DNA from: Cyanobacteriota bacterium
Lineage (GTDB): Bacteria > Cyanobacteriota > Cyanobacteriia > Cyanobacteriales > Nostocaceae
DNA length: 64,000 bases
Assembly (NCBI GenBank): GCA_046045965.1
Contig: JBJOKS010000026.1
Coordinates: 1 to 64,000 of the forward strand
Direction of reading: 5' to 3'
A program made the translations under genes and the position numbers. Below, one piece after another: positions 45,989-56,213 of this stretch. The notes under the pieces were generated by a model, which was given only the letters and a program-made list of their open reading frames with translations, searched no databases and had not been told where the DNA came from. How positions within the stretch are numbered: position 1 is the first letter of the stretch; each line of letters starts with the position of its first letter.

Positions 45989-47008
45989 ATGTCCCAGATA
46001 TCGCTCCCCCAATCGCTTCAGCCAGACCTACCATTGACTGCACTTGCACCCATGCAAGATGTAACAAATCTCTGGTTTATGAAAGTCATCGCTCACTACG
46101 GCAGTCCTGACTACTTCTTTACCGAGTATTTCCGCGTCAATGATACCTCACGGCTCAATCGTCACATTCTGTCAGCAATAACGGAAAATGATACCGGTCG
46201 CCCCGTTTTTGCTCAAATGATTGGTGAAAGTATTCCCGATTTAGTAAGAACAGCAAAAGAACTCTGCAAATATAATATCGCGGGAGTAGATTTAAACATG
46301 GGCTGTCCAGCACCTCGAATCTATCGCAAAAATGTTGGCGGCGGGTTGCTGCGAGAACCGGAAAAGGTAGATCAGATTTTGGGAGAATTGCGTACTGCGG
46401 TGAATGATAAACCTTTAACTGTAAAGATGCGCGTAGGCTTTGAAAATACAGATAACTTTTATGAAATTCTCGATATAATCAATCGCCACAACATTGATTT
46501 GCTGAGTTTGCACGGTCGCACGGTCAAAGATATGTATCATGGGGAAGTTAAATATGATTTGATTGCGGAAGCGGTGCGACGGGTTCATTGTCCAGTGTTG
46601 GCTAATGGCAATATCAACTCGGCGAAAACTGCCCTGGAAGTGCTTTCTCAAACAGGGGCTGCGGGTGTGATGGTGGGACGTTGGGCAATTGGGAATCCTT
46701 GGCTTTTTCATCAAATTCGTCAGGCTTTGCAAGGAGAGGAGATCACACCTGTTCCTTTAGCAGAGGTACGCAACTATATTGACCGTTTATGGCAAACTCC
46801 CACAGCGTCAACTGTACCAGAGCGATCGCGGGTAGCCTACCTGAAAATGTTCCTGAACTACATTGCTTTGAGTGTTGACACTGAAGGTCATTTTCTGCGG
46901 CTGATGCGACGGGTGCAGACTGAGGGAGAAATGTTTAATTTGTGCGATCGCTTTCTTCTTAGTGATCTGACGAAAACTTTCGCCCTAACCCCTTCTTTGA
47001 GCCTGTAA
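45989..47008 (+). CDS. tRNA-dihydrouridine synthase family protein
   Basis: LAPM, DLNMGCP, VKMRVG, HGRT, ANGNI. Confidence 0.92.
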   Translation: MSQISLPQSLQPDLPLTALAPMQDVTNLWFMKVIAHYGSPDYFFTEYFRVNDTSRLNRHILSAITENDTGRPVFAQMIGESIPDLVRTAKELCKYNIAGVDLNMGCPAPRIYRKNVGGGLLREPEKVDQILGELRTAVNDKPLTVKMRVGFENTDNFYEILDIINRHNIDLLSLHGRTVKDMYHGEVKYDLIAEAVRRVHCPVLANGNINSAKTALEVLSQTGAAGVMVGRWAIGNPWLFHQIRQALQGEEITPVPLAEVRNYIDRLWQTPTASTVPERSRVAYLKMFLNYIALSVDTEGHFLRLMRRVQTEGEMFNLCDRFLLSDLTKTFALTPSLSL

Positions 47009-47142
47009 TTATGGCAATTATTTAGTTTAACTAGAAATGCAAACTGGTAAATTATGGGCTGCTAATTTGGGAGATTCGGAATTTGAACCCAGAGAAATCT
47101 ATGCTTTTAAAGCAGCTAAATACACACTCAAGGCTTACCTGT

Positions 47143-50100
47143 TCAATCACATCCTGTAATGATAAATGCTGCCCAATAATAAGGATGATGATAAGGCTGT
47201 TGCTGAGGTGATAATTTTCTCATGTTATCAATTTGCATCGTTACATAATTCCTCAGTCTCAAATCCTCTGAATGCAGATTAGAAAGTAAATCTTCGTACC
47301 AGGTTATTAATTCAGCAACAGTGATATCTCTCAGCCAGTTGGTAGCTTCAGATAAAGCCATAACTGGAGATTGATGAACAAGTAATCTGCGGTAAAACTC
47401 GATAATGACTAAAGCTGTAGCAGATGATTCAACATTCCAAATTGTACTCAAAACATAAGGAACACCCCCACAGAGCAACCCAGTTGCTAAACCCACATAT
47501 TCACTATTGATATTCTGACTGTTATTACTAACATTCTCAGAATTGGCAAGAATAAAAAGATTGTAATTGTTAAAAGTCTGTTGACTAATTTCTGCTAAAG
47601 TCAATTTATCTTCACCTGCCAAAACCAAAGCAGATTTTTGGACTTCACTTAAATTATTAACAGCATGACCAGTAAAATGTAAGATGTTGTAATCTGCGAC
47701 TAAGGCATTTTTTAAGTTATCTTTCGTAACTTGAGAACCCTGGATATGTTGGGCATTATCAAACATCTTTCTCGCAATTACTGCGGCAAAATCAGCAAAT
47801 TGTATTTCCTCATTAGCTGCGTTTTCTATATTTTCAACACTGAGAAATTTTTGTTGTTGCCAATTTGATAAACCATCGGTTTTTAATTCCAGTCCTATTT
47901 GAATACTGGGTAAATAATTGATGGTGTAATTTAGTAAATCCTCCTGATTTAGAGGGAAAAGAGCGTGAATTGGTAATTTGTGTAAATCACGATGGGGAAT
48001 TAAAATTAGATTGGTAATACCTTCAAGTTCCTGAATAATTGTGGAAATATTGAGGATGTTTTGCAGTTGTAACAACCTCTGTTGCATATCCAAGCACCAG
48101 GAATGATGTTGGTGATTTTCTATGTCTTGATTTTGGCGATATCCCTGATATTCTTTTTGCCAAACTTCAAGCCAATTTTCAAATGCAACTAGGCGTTGTA
48201 CTGCTTCAGGTATGCCTCCTATATCTTGTATAGGTGTTAATAAAAGTATGGGTGATGGGGCTTCATGTTTAATAATGAAAGTGTGTAAAGACACAGGACT
48301 AAGATGCCAGTAAATTATGGCAGTTGAAGAATTGAGTAGTTGTTGAATCGTTTCATAGTTGGGAGAGTAAATTTCATCACTCCAACCAGAAAGCATTAAT
48401 CTTAAACAGGTATTTTTGGAATGTTCGGCAATTTCCCAAGCTTCTACTAAATCACCTGCATCTACAGCTAAATCAACTCCTAATTGTTTCCATCCTGCAA
48501 ATTTCAAAGCTAGTTGTTTTTTACTTTGTTCAGGACGAGTTATTTGATTAAGCAACTGTTGTAATAAATCTAGACCTTGTTGTTGTAATTCCTGTGCTGC
48601 TTCTGTTTGTCCTAAACCTATAAGCACTTTAGTCAGAGATTGCAAAACTTCTAAATGCAATTCGGTAAAATCTGCGGACGTGAGAGTTAACAGTGCTTGT
48701 TGATATTCAGATACTGCTTTTTGCCAAAAATAGCGGGGTGAGGGTTGTTTTTTACCATGTTCGTAATGTGTATTACCAAGTGCTAAATGCAATCTTCCCC
48801 AACCTTCAGGATAAGTATCTGGACGGAGATGTTTTAACCCTTCTTGATAGGTGGCTAATTTACCCTCATAACCGCGCTGATTGAGGGCAGGATTAGATAT
48901 AGCTATGCTACTGGTTAAACTTAGAGATGCTTTGTCATTAATTACATTTCCTACTGCCAAAGCACGACCAAGCCAAGCTTCCCAGTAGTCGAGTTTGATT
49001 TCTAAGGCGCTATCATAGCAAGAAATGGCTTCTGGTAATCTGTCTAAATAAAACAGAGCTACAGCTTGATTATACCAAGCGAGGTGAAAATCAGGTTTAA
49101 TATGGATGGCTTGTTGATAGGAACTAATAGATTCTTCGCGTCTGCCTAAATTTTCTAAAGCGATGCCTCGGTTATACCAAGCTAAGTAAAAATCAGGTTG
49201 AATAGAAAGTGCTTGATCCCAAGATGCAATAGCTTCTGACCAGCGTTTGAGGTTAAATAGGACTACACCCCGGTCAATCCAAACTTCATGATAGTCGGGT
49301 TGAATTTCCAAAGCTTGGTCATAAGAAGCGATCGCATCTTCAAACTGCTCAACTACCCCCAAAGCTACCCCTCGGTAATACCAAGTTTCCTGGTCTTCGG
49401 GTTGTAAATTCAAAGCTTGGTCATAACTAGAAATAGATTCCCAGATCAGCCCTAACTTTAACAAAGCTAAACCGCGACTAGCCCAAGCTGCTTGGTAGTC
49501 AGGCTTAAATTCAATAGCCTTGTCAAAAGAAGCGATCGCCCCATCAAAATCGCCCAACTCCCCTAAAACTCCCCCCCGGTTGTACCAAGCTTTAGAGAAA
49601 TCAGATTTGAGACTAATTGCTTGGTCATAAGAGGCGATCGCATCCTCAAACCGTTGTAAATGAAACAAAGTCAAACCTTGATTAAACCAATATTCAGAAG
49701 ATTCAGGTTGCAGTTTAGTAGCTTGACTATAAAAAGCCAAAGCCCCCAACAAATCACCAGATTTAGCTTGTTGTAAACCTTGGTAAAAAAAGACTTCAGC
49801 CTGGTTAGTGACAGTCAGTTGAAAACTAGGTCGTGGAATAATAGCTTGGCGTTGATCGCGCAGTGCTAGTTCCGAAGCAAGTTGCTGGACAAGATTGGTA
49901 CTTTGCTCCAACCTCACCACCAACTCATCCAAAGTTTGTGCTACCTTCGGCTCCAAATTAGCCAAAGAGTGATCCCAATTCTCAGCCAAGGGAGAGGCTA
50001 AAACTTCCTCTACAGCCTCCTCAACAGTCCCTGGATGATCTTCCCCTGCATACTCATAAATAACAGCCTCAGAAGTCTGTGCTACCGCATCCTGATGACT

Positions 50101-50712
50101 CAAATGTTGTCGGTTACTTGTCCAAGACTCCTCCAAGTTGATGGATACTGGTGTGATAATTACAGGTTCTTCCTGATCATGCTGCCATAATTTTTCACCC
50201 ACATCCCGCAGTAATTGTTGTCCTGGAGTGTCTAAAACTGGCTGTGCTGGTGGTGTAGCTGCGACCTGTGATGTTTCTAGATTTTCCTCATACCTTTGGG
50301 CTAAGAACTCCCGGCTTAACAACTGGATGCCAATTTCCGAGGCCAGTTCACCAACTTTGCCAATATTGAGTTCGCCCAATTTTACCATTCGCGTTGCTAT
50401 CTGACTATTTGGCGCTGGTGAAGACAGCAACTTTTCACCAAATATCAGCAACCAATCGATCCAACGCTCAACAGTGATCCGGGGTTCCATCCGCTGCAAA
50501 TACTTCAGCGCCCATTGTTGTCCCCGTGCTTGATGTACACCTTCAAGCAACTCGTTAAACAATACTTCTAGATCCGCATTGCTTAATTCCGGTAGAGACT
50601 CCACTACCTCATGACCTTTAGCGCCGTCGAACTCATGAGTCCGACGACTGTCAGAGGGGTACTTAAAAAACTTGTTAAGCCACTGCAATAGCCACCTGAG
50701 CATTTGCCACAT
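47143..50712 (-). CDS. TPR-repeat + CHAT-domain protein
   Basis: About 8 TPRs (AWYNRG..L..L); CHAT motifs LILIPH, LHFTGHA, LSTIWNV, HPYYWAAF. Confidence 0.92.
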   Translation of the reverse strand: MWQMLRWLLQWLNKFFKYPSDSRRTHEFDGAKGHEVVESLPELSNADLEVLFNELLEGVHQARGQQWALKYLQRMEPRITVERWIDWLLIFGEKLLSSPAPNSQIATRMVKLGELNIGKVGELASEIGIQLLSREFLAQRYEENLETSQVAATPPAQPVLDTPGQQLLRDVGEKLWQHDQEEPVIITPVSINLEESWTSNRQHLSHQDAVAQTSEAVIYEYAGEDHPGTVEEAVEEVLASPLAENWDHSLANLEPKVAQTLDELVVRLEQSTNLVQQLASELALRDQRQAIIPRPSFQLTVTNQAEVFFYQGLQQAKSGDLLGALAFYSQATKLQPESSEYWFNQGLTLFHLQRFEDAIASYDQAISLKSDFSKAWYNRGGVLGELGDFDGAIASFDKAIEFKPDYQAAWASRGLALLKLGLIWESISSYDQALNLQPEDQETWYYRGVALGVVEQFEDAIASYDQALEIQPDYHEVWIDRGVVLFNLKRWSEAIASWDQALSIQPDFYLAWYNRGIALENLGRREESISSYQQAIHIKPDFHLAWYNQAVALFYLDRLPEAISCYDSALEIKLDYWEAWLGRALAVGNVINDKASLSLTSSIAISNPALNQRGYEGKLATYQEGLKHLRPDTYPEGWGRLHLALGNTHYEHGKKQPSPRYFWQKAVSEYQQALLTLTSADFTELHLEVLQSLTKVLIGLGQTEAAQELQQQGLDLLQQLLNQITRPEQSKKQLALKFAGWKQLGVDLAVDAGDLVEAWEIAEHSKNTCLRLMLSGWSDEIYSPNYETIQQLLNSSTAIIYWHLSPVSLHTFIIKHEAPSPILLLTPIQDIGGIPEAVQRLVAFENWLEVWQKEYQGYRQNQDIENHQHHSWCLDMQQRLLQLQNILNISTIIQELEGITNLILIPHRDLHKLPIHALFPLNQEDLLNYTINYLPSIQIGLELKTDGLSNWQQQKFLSVENIENAANEEIQFADFAAVIARKMFDNAQHIQGSQVTKDNLKNALVADYNILHFTGHAVNNLSEVQKSALVLAGEDKLTLAEISQQTFNNYNLFILANSENVSNNSQNINSEYVGLATGLLCGGVPYVLSTIWNVESSATALVIIEFYRRLLVHQSPVMALSEATNWLRDITVAELITWYEDLLSNLHSEDLRLRNYVTMQIDNMRKLSPQQQPYHHPYYWAAFIITGCD

Positions 50713-50867
50713 TCTTGGATTTTCTTTCTCCTAGATTGTAGCTATCGTTGTGTCAAAAAAATCATTTAATCACCTAACAGACTAATCAATTAAGTTGGGA
50801 ACGCGTTGATCTAGCCACAAAAACTATACAAAACCTGATCAGTAAATAGAATTTAGTGCTGCTGATG

Positions 50868-51521
50868 TCAATTTTCCGAGGCAGCAGATTCACCAAAGGC
50901 CTGTGATTGATGGATCAGTGTCTGAATAATCATTTGTGGATCATCAGTTTCAATTCCCCAATCTTGGGTAATTTGCTGGCGCAAGCTCTCATTCTCCTGC
51001 AACATCACCAATAATTCATCCCAAGTCACTGTTTGGTATTCTTCCTCTGGTAAATTCTCATCAGGGGGAAGTTGGCTGACAGCATCTGGTCCGTCATATT
51101 CCCAAATAGGTTCGCCTTGGGTGCGCGTCAACAATTGCATCCCAATGTCATATGCTAAGTCGCCAACTTCACCAACTCCCAACTCACCAAACTGTACTAA
51201 CCGCGCTGCTAATTCGTTATTAGGTTTCTTGGATGCTAATAATCTCTCGCCAAATCGATTTAGCCAATCTAGCCAGCGTTGAGTGCTGACGCGATGCTCA
51301 ATTTTATCAAACCAGTTTTGCGCCCAAGTTTGGCCTCTGGCTTGATGAACTCCTGCTAACAGTTCTGTAAACAGAAATTCTAGATCCGTATCACTCAGGG
51401 GTGGTGCTACAGTTTTTTCCTCATCCTTTTTGACTGGGGTAGGACTATATTTCCTGCCAAACAAACCCTGAAACAATCTTTTCAGCCACTGAATTACCCG
51501 CTTGAGCATCTGCTTCACCAT
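50868..51521 (-). CDS. Stand-alone paralogue of the TPR-CHAT N-terminal region
   Basis: LSDTDLEFLFTELLAGVHQARG aligns with LSNADLEVLFNELLEGVHQARG of the neighbouring protein. Confidence 0.85.
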   Translation of the reverse strand: MVKQMLKRVIQWLKRLFQGLFGRKYSPTPVKKDEEKTVAPPLSDTDLEFLFTELLAGVHQARGQTWAQNWFDKIEHRVSTQRWLDWLNRFGERLLASKKPNNELAARLVQFGELGVGEVGDLAYDIGMQLLTRTQGEPIWEYDGPDAVSQLPPDENLPEEEYQTVTWDELLVMLQENESLRQQITQDWGIETDDPQMIIQTLIHQSQAFGESAASEN

Positions 51522-52337
51522 TGAGTGCTGCTGATTAAAATTTTAGCGATGTTCGGTAACAAGCTGCTATTGAGTTGTTTCCAGGTTTAGAAGGCAAGAC
51601 AAGGTAACAAGGGAGGAAACTTTACAAAATCACGACTTACCCAGAGGTGTAGGGGTGTACGGGAAAAAATTACCCATTACCCATTACCAATTTATCACCT
51701 GACCCCTTTTTGCAAACCCTTAATTTTTCGTGTTTTTGCGTAATTTCTATAGATATTTAGTGTGATACTTGCTGAATTTCTATACTAAATATTTATGATT
51801 AATATCTTGTGGATACAAGTATGCTCAGGCTATACTATAGCCATAAAAATATATAGCTATTTAAGGCTTGCTGATAGCGTAGCGTGGCGCAACCCATACA
51901 AACCTAAAAGCTATATAAATCAATGCCTGTATGGAGATAAAATTGGCATAAGGTGCAAGGTTTTTGACTAGTAAAGTGGCAAAAGGCTGCATTTTGACTT
52001 CCAGAAACTAAAAAATCTGACCGCAACAGACAATCTTAACTCTTGCCTGTTTCCTGCTGCTTCTTGCCTACCCTCACAAAAAGACTTTTTCAGCACACCC
52101 TATTCAGCTAATCAATATTGCATTTTATGATTTCTGATCTGCTGGATATCTGTTCCCAGCATTGAGAAGCTGTTGATGCTCGATATTTTCATCAGATTTA
52201 GTTAATGCAGACACTAACTTAGGTTGTCAGTTAGTGTAGCTTCTGATGTCTCATATAATCAGAACTTATTTATACATGGCTTATACTGCCACCGAATTAG
52301 TCACCATCAGCAATAAATAAAGGAAAAACAAGAATTT

Positions 52338-55300
52338 ATGGATAACTTGCACATTAACACTAACGAAGATAATTTGCTATTTCCAACATCTGTGTTGAAT
52401 ATCCCAGATCCATTGCAAAATCTTCATCCCAATGTATCTAGACAACAAATAGGTTTTGAACAGATTCCTGACTCTTTACCTATTGTTACTCCTACTCAAT
52501 ATCTCTATCAGGAAATTCTTCCTACTCCCCAACTGATACTTCAAGAATCTTTCAACTCTCCCAATGTTAATGCACTCAACACCGCATTGGATTTTGTCCA
52601 GGGTCAGCTTCAGGAGTTTGCGCTGGCTCCCAATGCTTATGAACAGCTGAACTTTGTTTTTAATGTTACAGATCCCAGCGCAGTCCAAACTCGTTTATCA
52701 GACTGGCAAAATAGCATTTTCACAGATCGTCCAGATATTCTCTTTTTGAGCAATGAGGTGTTGCAGGGCGCAGCAGGTGCTTATTCTGCTTCACGCAATA
52801 CAATCTATTTGTCAGAAACTCTTACCCAGCCGGATGAATTGACAAGACTAGCAAAGGTATTGCTAGAAGAGTATGGTCATGCCCTGGATCAACAGTTTAA
52901 TCCTGGTGACGACACAGCAGGAGACGAGGGTGAACAGTTTAGTCGGATGATTTTGGGTGAAGAAATTAGCGATGAAGAATTGGCTCAGTTAAGGAGTGAA
53001 GACGACGGAGGTACTTTAAACTTAAATGGTGTAGACGTTGCAGTTGAGTTTGACAACAGCATCGGAACAGCTTTCAATGTTGGCACGCTCAGTGGTACTC
53101 GATCCTATTCTGGCTTTGTGGGTAGTACCGACACGAATGATTACTATAGTTTTAATCTGAGTAATACCAGCAACTTCAGCTTGAGTTTAACTGGACTGTC
53201 TGATGATGCAGATGTCATGCTGCTCAACAGCAGTGGAGGGACGATAGTTAGCTCAGTAAATGGTGGGTCAATTTCTGAAAGCATTAGCCGCCAATTAGGT
53301 GCAGGTACTTACTATGTCAGGGTATATCCTTACAGCAGTAATACAAACTACACTCTAGCTCTCTCTGCAACCGCAGTTCCCACCACAGTTGATGGTGCAG
53401 GAAATACCCTCACCTTGGCACGTAACATTGGCACATTGAGCGTTACTCAAACATTCAACGATTTTGTCGGCAGTACCGATACGAATGATTACTATCGTTT
53501 TAGTCTGAGTAATACCAGCAACTTCAGCTTGAGTTTAACTGGACTGTCTGCTGATGCAGATGTGGCGTTGCTCAACAGCACTGGAGGGACGATAGTTAGC
53601 TCGGTAAATGGTGGGTCGAGTTCTGAAAGCATCAGCCGCCAATTAAGTGCAGGTAATTACTATGTGCGAGTTTATCCATTCAATGGTGCTAATACTAATT
53701 ACAATCTCAATCTGAGTGCTAGTCTACTCGATGGAGCAGGTAATAGCCTCACCTTAGCTCGTAACATTGGCACATTGAGCGGTACTCAAACATTCAACGA
53801 TTTTGTCGGCAGTACCGACACCAATGATTACTATCGTTTTAGTCTGAGTAATACCAGCAACTTCAGCTTGAATTTAACTGGACTGTCTGCTGATGCAGAT
53901 GTGACGCTGCTAAATGGTAGTGGTGTTGTCATTCAAAGCTCTGCCTTGGGCGGAACAGCATCAGAAAATATTAGCCGTCAGTTAACTGCTGGGAATTACT
54001 ATGTCAGGGTATATCCTTTCAGCGGTAATACAAACTATGCTCTAGCTCTCTCTGCAACCGCCGTTCCCACCATAGTTGATGGTGCAGGAAATACCCTCAG
54101 TACCGCCCGGAATCTTAGCATCCTTAGCGGCAGTCGTTCTTTTCAAGATTTTGTTGGCAGTAGCGACACCAACGACTATTATCGCTTTGACTTGACCCAG
54201 AATAGCAATTTTAGTCTCGGATTGAATGGACTGAGTGCAGATGCAGATGTACAACTATTAAACAGTAGTGGTGTTGTAATTCAAAGTTCGACCGTTGGTG
54301 GATCATCAGCTGAAAGCATCACCCGTCAGTTGACGGCTGGGAGGTATTATGTTCGAGTGTATCCCTACAGTGGCAATACGAATTACAACTTGACAGTTTC
54401 TGCTACGGCAGTTGCTCAACCAGATGGCGCTGGTAATACATTAAGCACAGCGCGAGACATTGGACTTTTAAGTAGTAGTCGTTCTTTCCAAGACTTTGTG
54501 GGAACAATAGATACCAATGACTACTATCGTTTTAACCTCACTCAAACGAGTAACTTTAACTTAAGCCTCAATGGTCTGAGTGCGGATGCCGACGTACAAC
54601 TTTTGGACAGCAGCGGTGCAGTCATTCAAGGCTCTTACGGAGTATTTTCTCTCTCCGAATCCATTACCCGTACTTTGAATGCAGGCACATACTATATTCA
54701 GGTTTATCCTTTTAGTGGTAGCACCAACTACAACTTAACGGTTGCTGCCACAGCAGTTACGTCAGCAGATGGTGCTGGCAATACTTTGACGACTGCTCGG
54801 AACATTGGCATTCTGACTGGTAGCCGTTCCTTCCAAGATTTTGTTGGTGTCAGTGATACGAACGACTATTACCGCTTCAATTTGACCCAGAACAGTAATT
54901 TTAGTCTGACATTAAGCGGTCTAAGTGCAGATGCAGATGTGCAATTGCTCAACAGCAGTGGTCAGGTGATTGATAGTTCCGTAGCCGGTGGATCAGCTTC
55001 TGAATTGATTGCCCGTTCCTTGGGAATTGGAACCTACTATGTTCGAGTTTATCCTTATCTTAGTGCCAACACCAACTATCAATTGGTTCTGACAGCAACT
55101 GCAGGATCTGCTGGTTTTAGCTCCACCTATGGATATGGTCTTGTGAATGCTGCCTCGGCTGTAGCAAGGGCAATTGGGCAGACAACTCCCTTTGCCAACG
55201 TTGCTGACTTAGGAGGTAACAATTGGGGGAACGATATAGTCAATGCTCCTGAAGCTTGGGCAAGGGGTTATACAGGGCAAGGCATTGTCGTTGCTGTGAT

Positions 55301-56087
55301 TGACTCAGGGGTTGATATCAACCACTCTGACCTGAGAGATAATATTTGGCGTAATACTGGGGAAATTGTTGGTAATGGGATTGATGACGATAGAAATGGC
55401 TACATAGATGACGTGAATGGTTGGAATTTCGGTAGCAATCAAAACAACAATAATGTCCTACCAGGAACTACTTCTCAAGGTCAAGGACATGGAACTCATG
55501 TAGCTGGAACAATTGCTGCTAGTAACAATGGCATAGGTGTTACGGGTGTTGCTCACCAGGCTCGCATCATGGCGATTCGGATGGGAGATGTTGATGACCA
55601 GGGGCGATTCACGAATGCTGGCAGTCTCGCAACGGCAATTCGCTATGCCGTAAATAATGGTGCCAATGTGATCAATATGAGTTTGGGATGGACTGATTCA
55701 CAAGAACTGAGAGATGCTCTAGCTTATGCTGCAAGCCGCAACGTGATCACGGTAAGTGCCGCAGGTAACAGTAGTCTATCTTCTCCTGGCACTCCTGCCC
55801 AGTATGCCACTCAGTATGGTCTTTCAGTCGGTGCTGTTGACATTAACCGAACTATTGCAAATTTCTCAAATCGAGCAGGTTCTAATAGTGCTATGCAGCA
55901 CGTAGTTGCTCCTGGGGTAAATATCTACTCAACTACTCCAGGAAATACCTATGGCTTTTCCAGTGGTACATCTATGGCTGCTCCCCATGTGGCTGGTGTG
56001 GTGGCACTCATGTTAAGTGCGAATCGCAACTTGACCCATGCTCAAGTTCGAGAAATTCTCACTAGCTCTGCTGTGAGACTATCCTAG
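52338..56087 (+). CDS. S8 serine peptidase with six PPC repeats and an N-terminal EExxH domain
   Basis: Triad VIDSG / HGTHVAG / GTSMAAP; six DTNDYY...DADV.LL...YYVRVYP repeats. Confidence 0.93.
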   Translation: MDNLHINTNEDNLLFPTSVLNIPDPLQNLHPNVSRQQIGFEQIPDSLPIVTPTQYLYQEILPTPQLILQESFNSPNVNALNTALDFVQGQLQEFALAPNAYEQLNFVFNVTDPSAVQTRLSDWQNSIFTDRPDILFLSNEVLQGAAGAYSASRNTIYLSETLTQPDELTRLAKVLLEEYGHALDQQFNPGDDTAGDEGEQFSRMILGEEISDEELAQLRSEDDGGTLNLNGVDVAVEFDNSIGTAFNVGTLSGTRSYSGFVGSTDTNDYYSFNLSNTSNFSLSLTGLSDDADVMLLNSSGGTIVSSVNGGSISESISRQLGAGTYYVRVYPYSSNTNYTLALSATAVPTTVDGAGNTLTLARNIGTLSVTQTFNDFVGSTDTNDYYRFSLSNTSNFSLSLTGLSADADVALLNSTGGTIVSSVNGGSSSESISRQLSAGNYYVRVYPFNGANTNYNLNLSASLLDGAGNSLTLARNIGTLSGTQTFNDFVGSTDTNDYYRFSLSNTSNFSLNLTGLSADADVTLLNGSGVVIQSSALGGTASENISRQLTAGNYYVRVYPFSGNTNYALALSATAVPTIVDGAGNTLSTARNLSILSGSRSFQDFVGSSDTNDYYRFDLTQNSNFSLGLNGLSADADVQLLNSSGVVIQSSTVGGSSAESITRQLTAGRYYVRVYPYSGNTNYNLTVSATAVAQPDGAGNTLSTARDIGLLSSSRSFQDFVGTIDTNDYYRFNLTQTSNFNLSLNGLSADADVQLLDSSGAVIQGSYGVFSLSESITRTLNAGTYYIQVYPFSGSTNYNLTVAATAVTSADGAGNTLTTARNIGILTGSRSFQDFVGVSDTNDYYRFNLTQNSNFSLTLSGLSADADVQLLNSSGQVIDSSVAGGSASELIARSLGIGTYYVRVYPYLSANTNYQLVLTATAGSAGFSSTYGYGLVNAASAVARAIGQTTPFANVADLGGNNWGNDIVNAPEAWARGYTGQGIVVAVIDSGVDINHSDLRDNIWRNTGEIVGNGIDDDRNGYIDDVNGWNFGSNQNNNNVLPGTTSQGQGHGTHVAGTIAASNNGIGVTGVAHQARIMAIRMGDVDDQGRFTNAGSLATAIRYAVNNGANVINMSLGWTDSQELRDALAYAASRNVITVSAAGNSSLSSPGTPAQYATQYGLSVGAVDINRTIANFSNRAGSNSAMQHVVAPGVNIYSTTPGNTYGFSSGTSMAAPHVAGVVALMLSANRNLTHAQVREILTSSAVRLS

Positions 56088-56136
56088 AGTTATGTACAAC
56101 ATCTGTCACCAATTGGTGTATTAGTTGCCGGGAGCA

Positions 56137-56177
56137 AAGCGGAACATGAGTAAATTCAGAACTTTGATGTTCCGCTT
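56137..56177 (+). terminator. Hairpin after the S8 peptidase
   Basis: AAGCGGAACAT ... ATGTTCCGCTT 11-bp stem; no U-tract. Confidence 0.45.
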
Positions 56178-56213
56178 GCATTAATTCTAGTTGCGATAGC
56201 AGCAGTTTAACCC

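Noticed and set aside
53050..55100. Near-identical repeats as a DGR template/variable pair
   Set aside because: In-frame domain repeats, differences are not adenine-specific, and no reverse transcriptase is in the window
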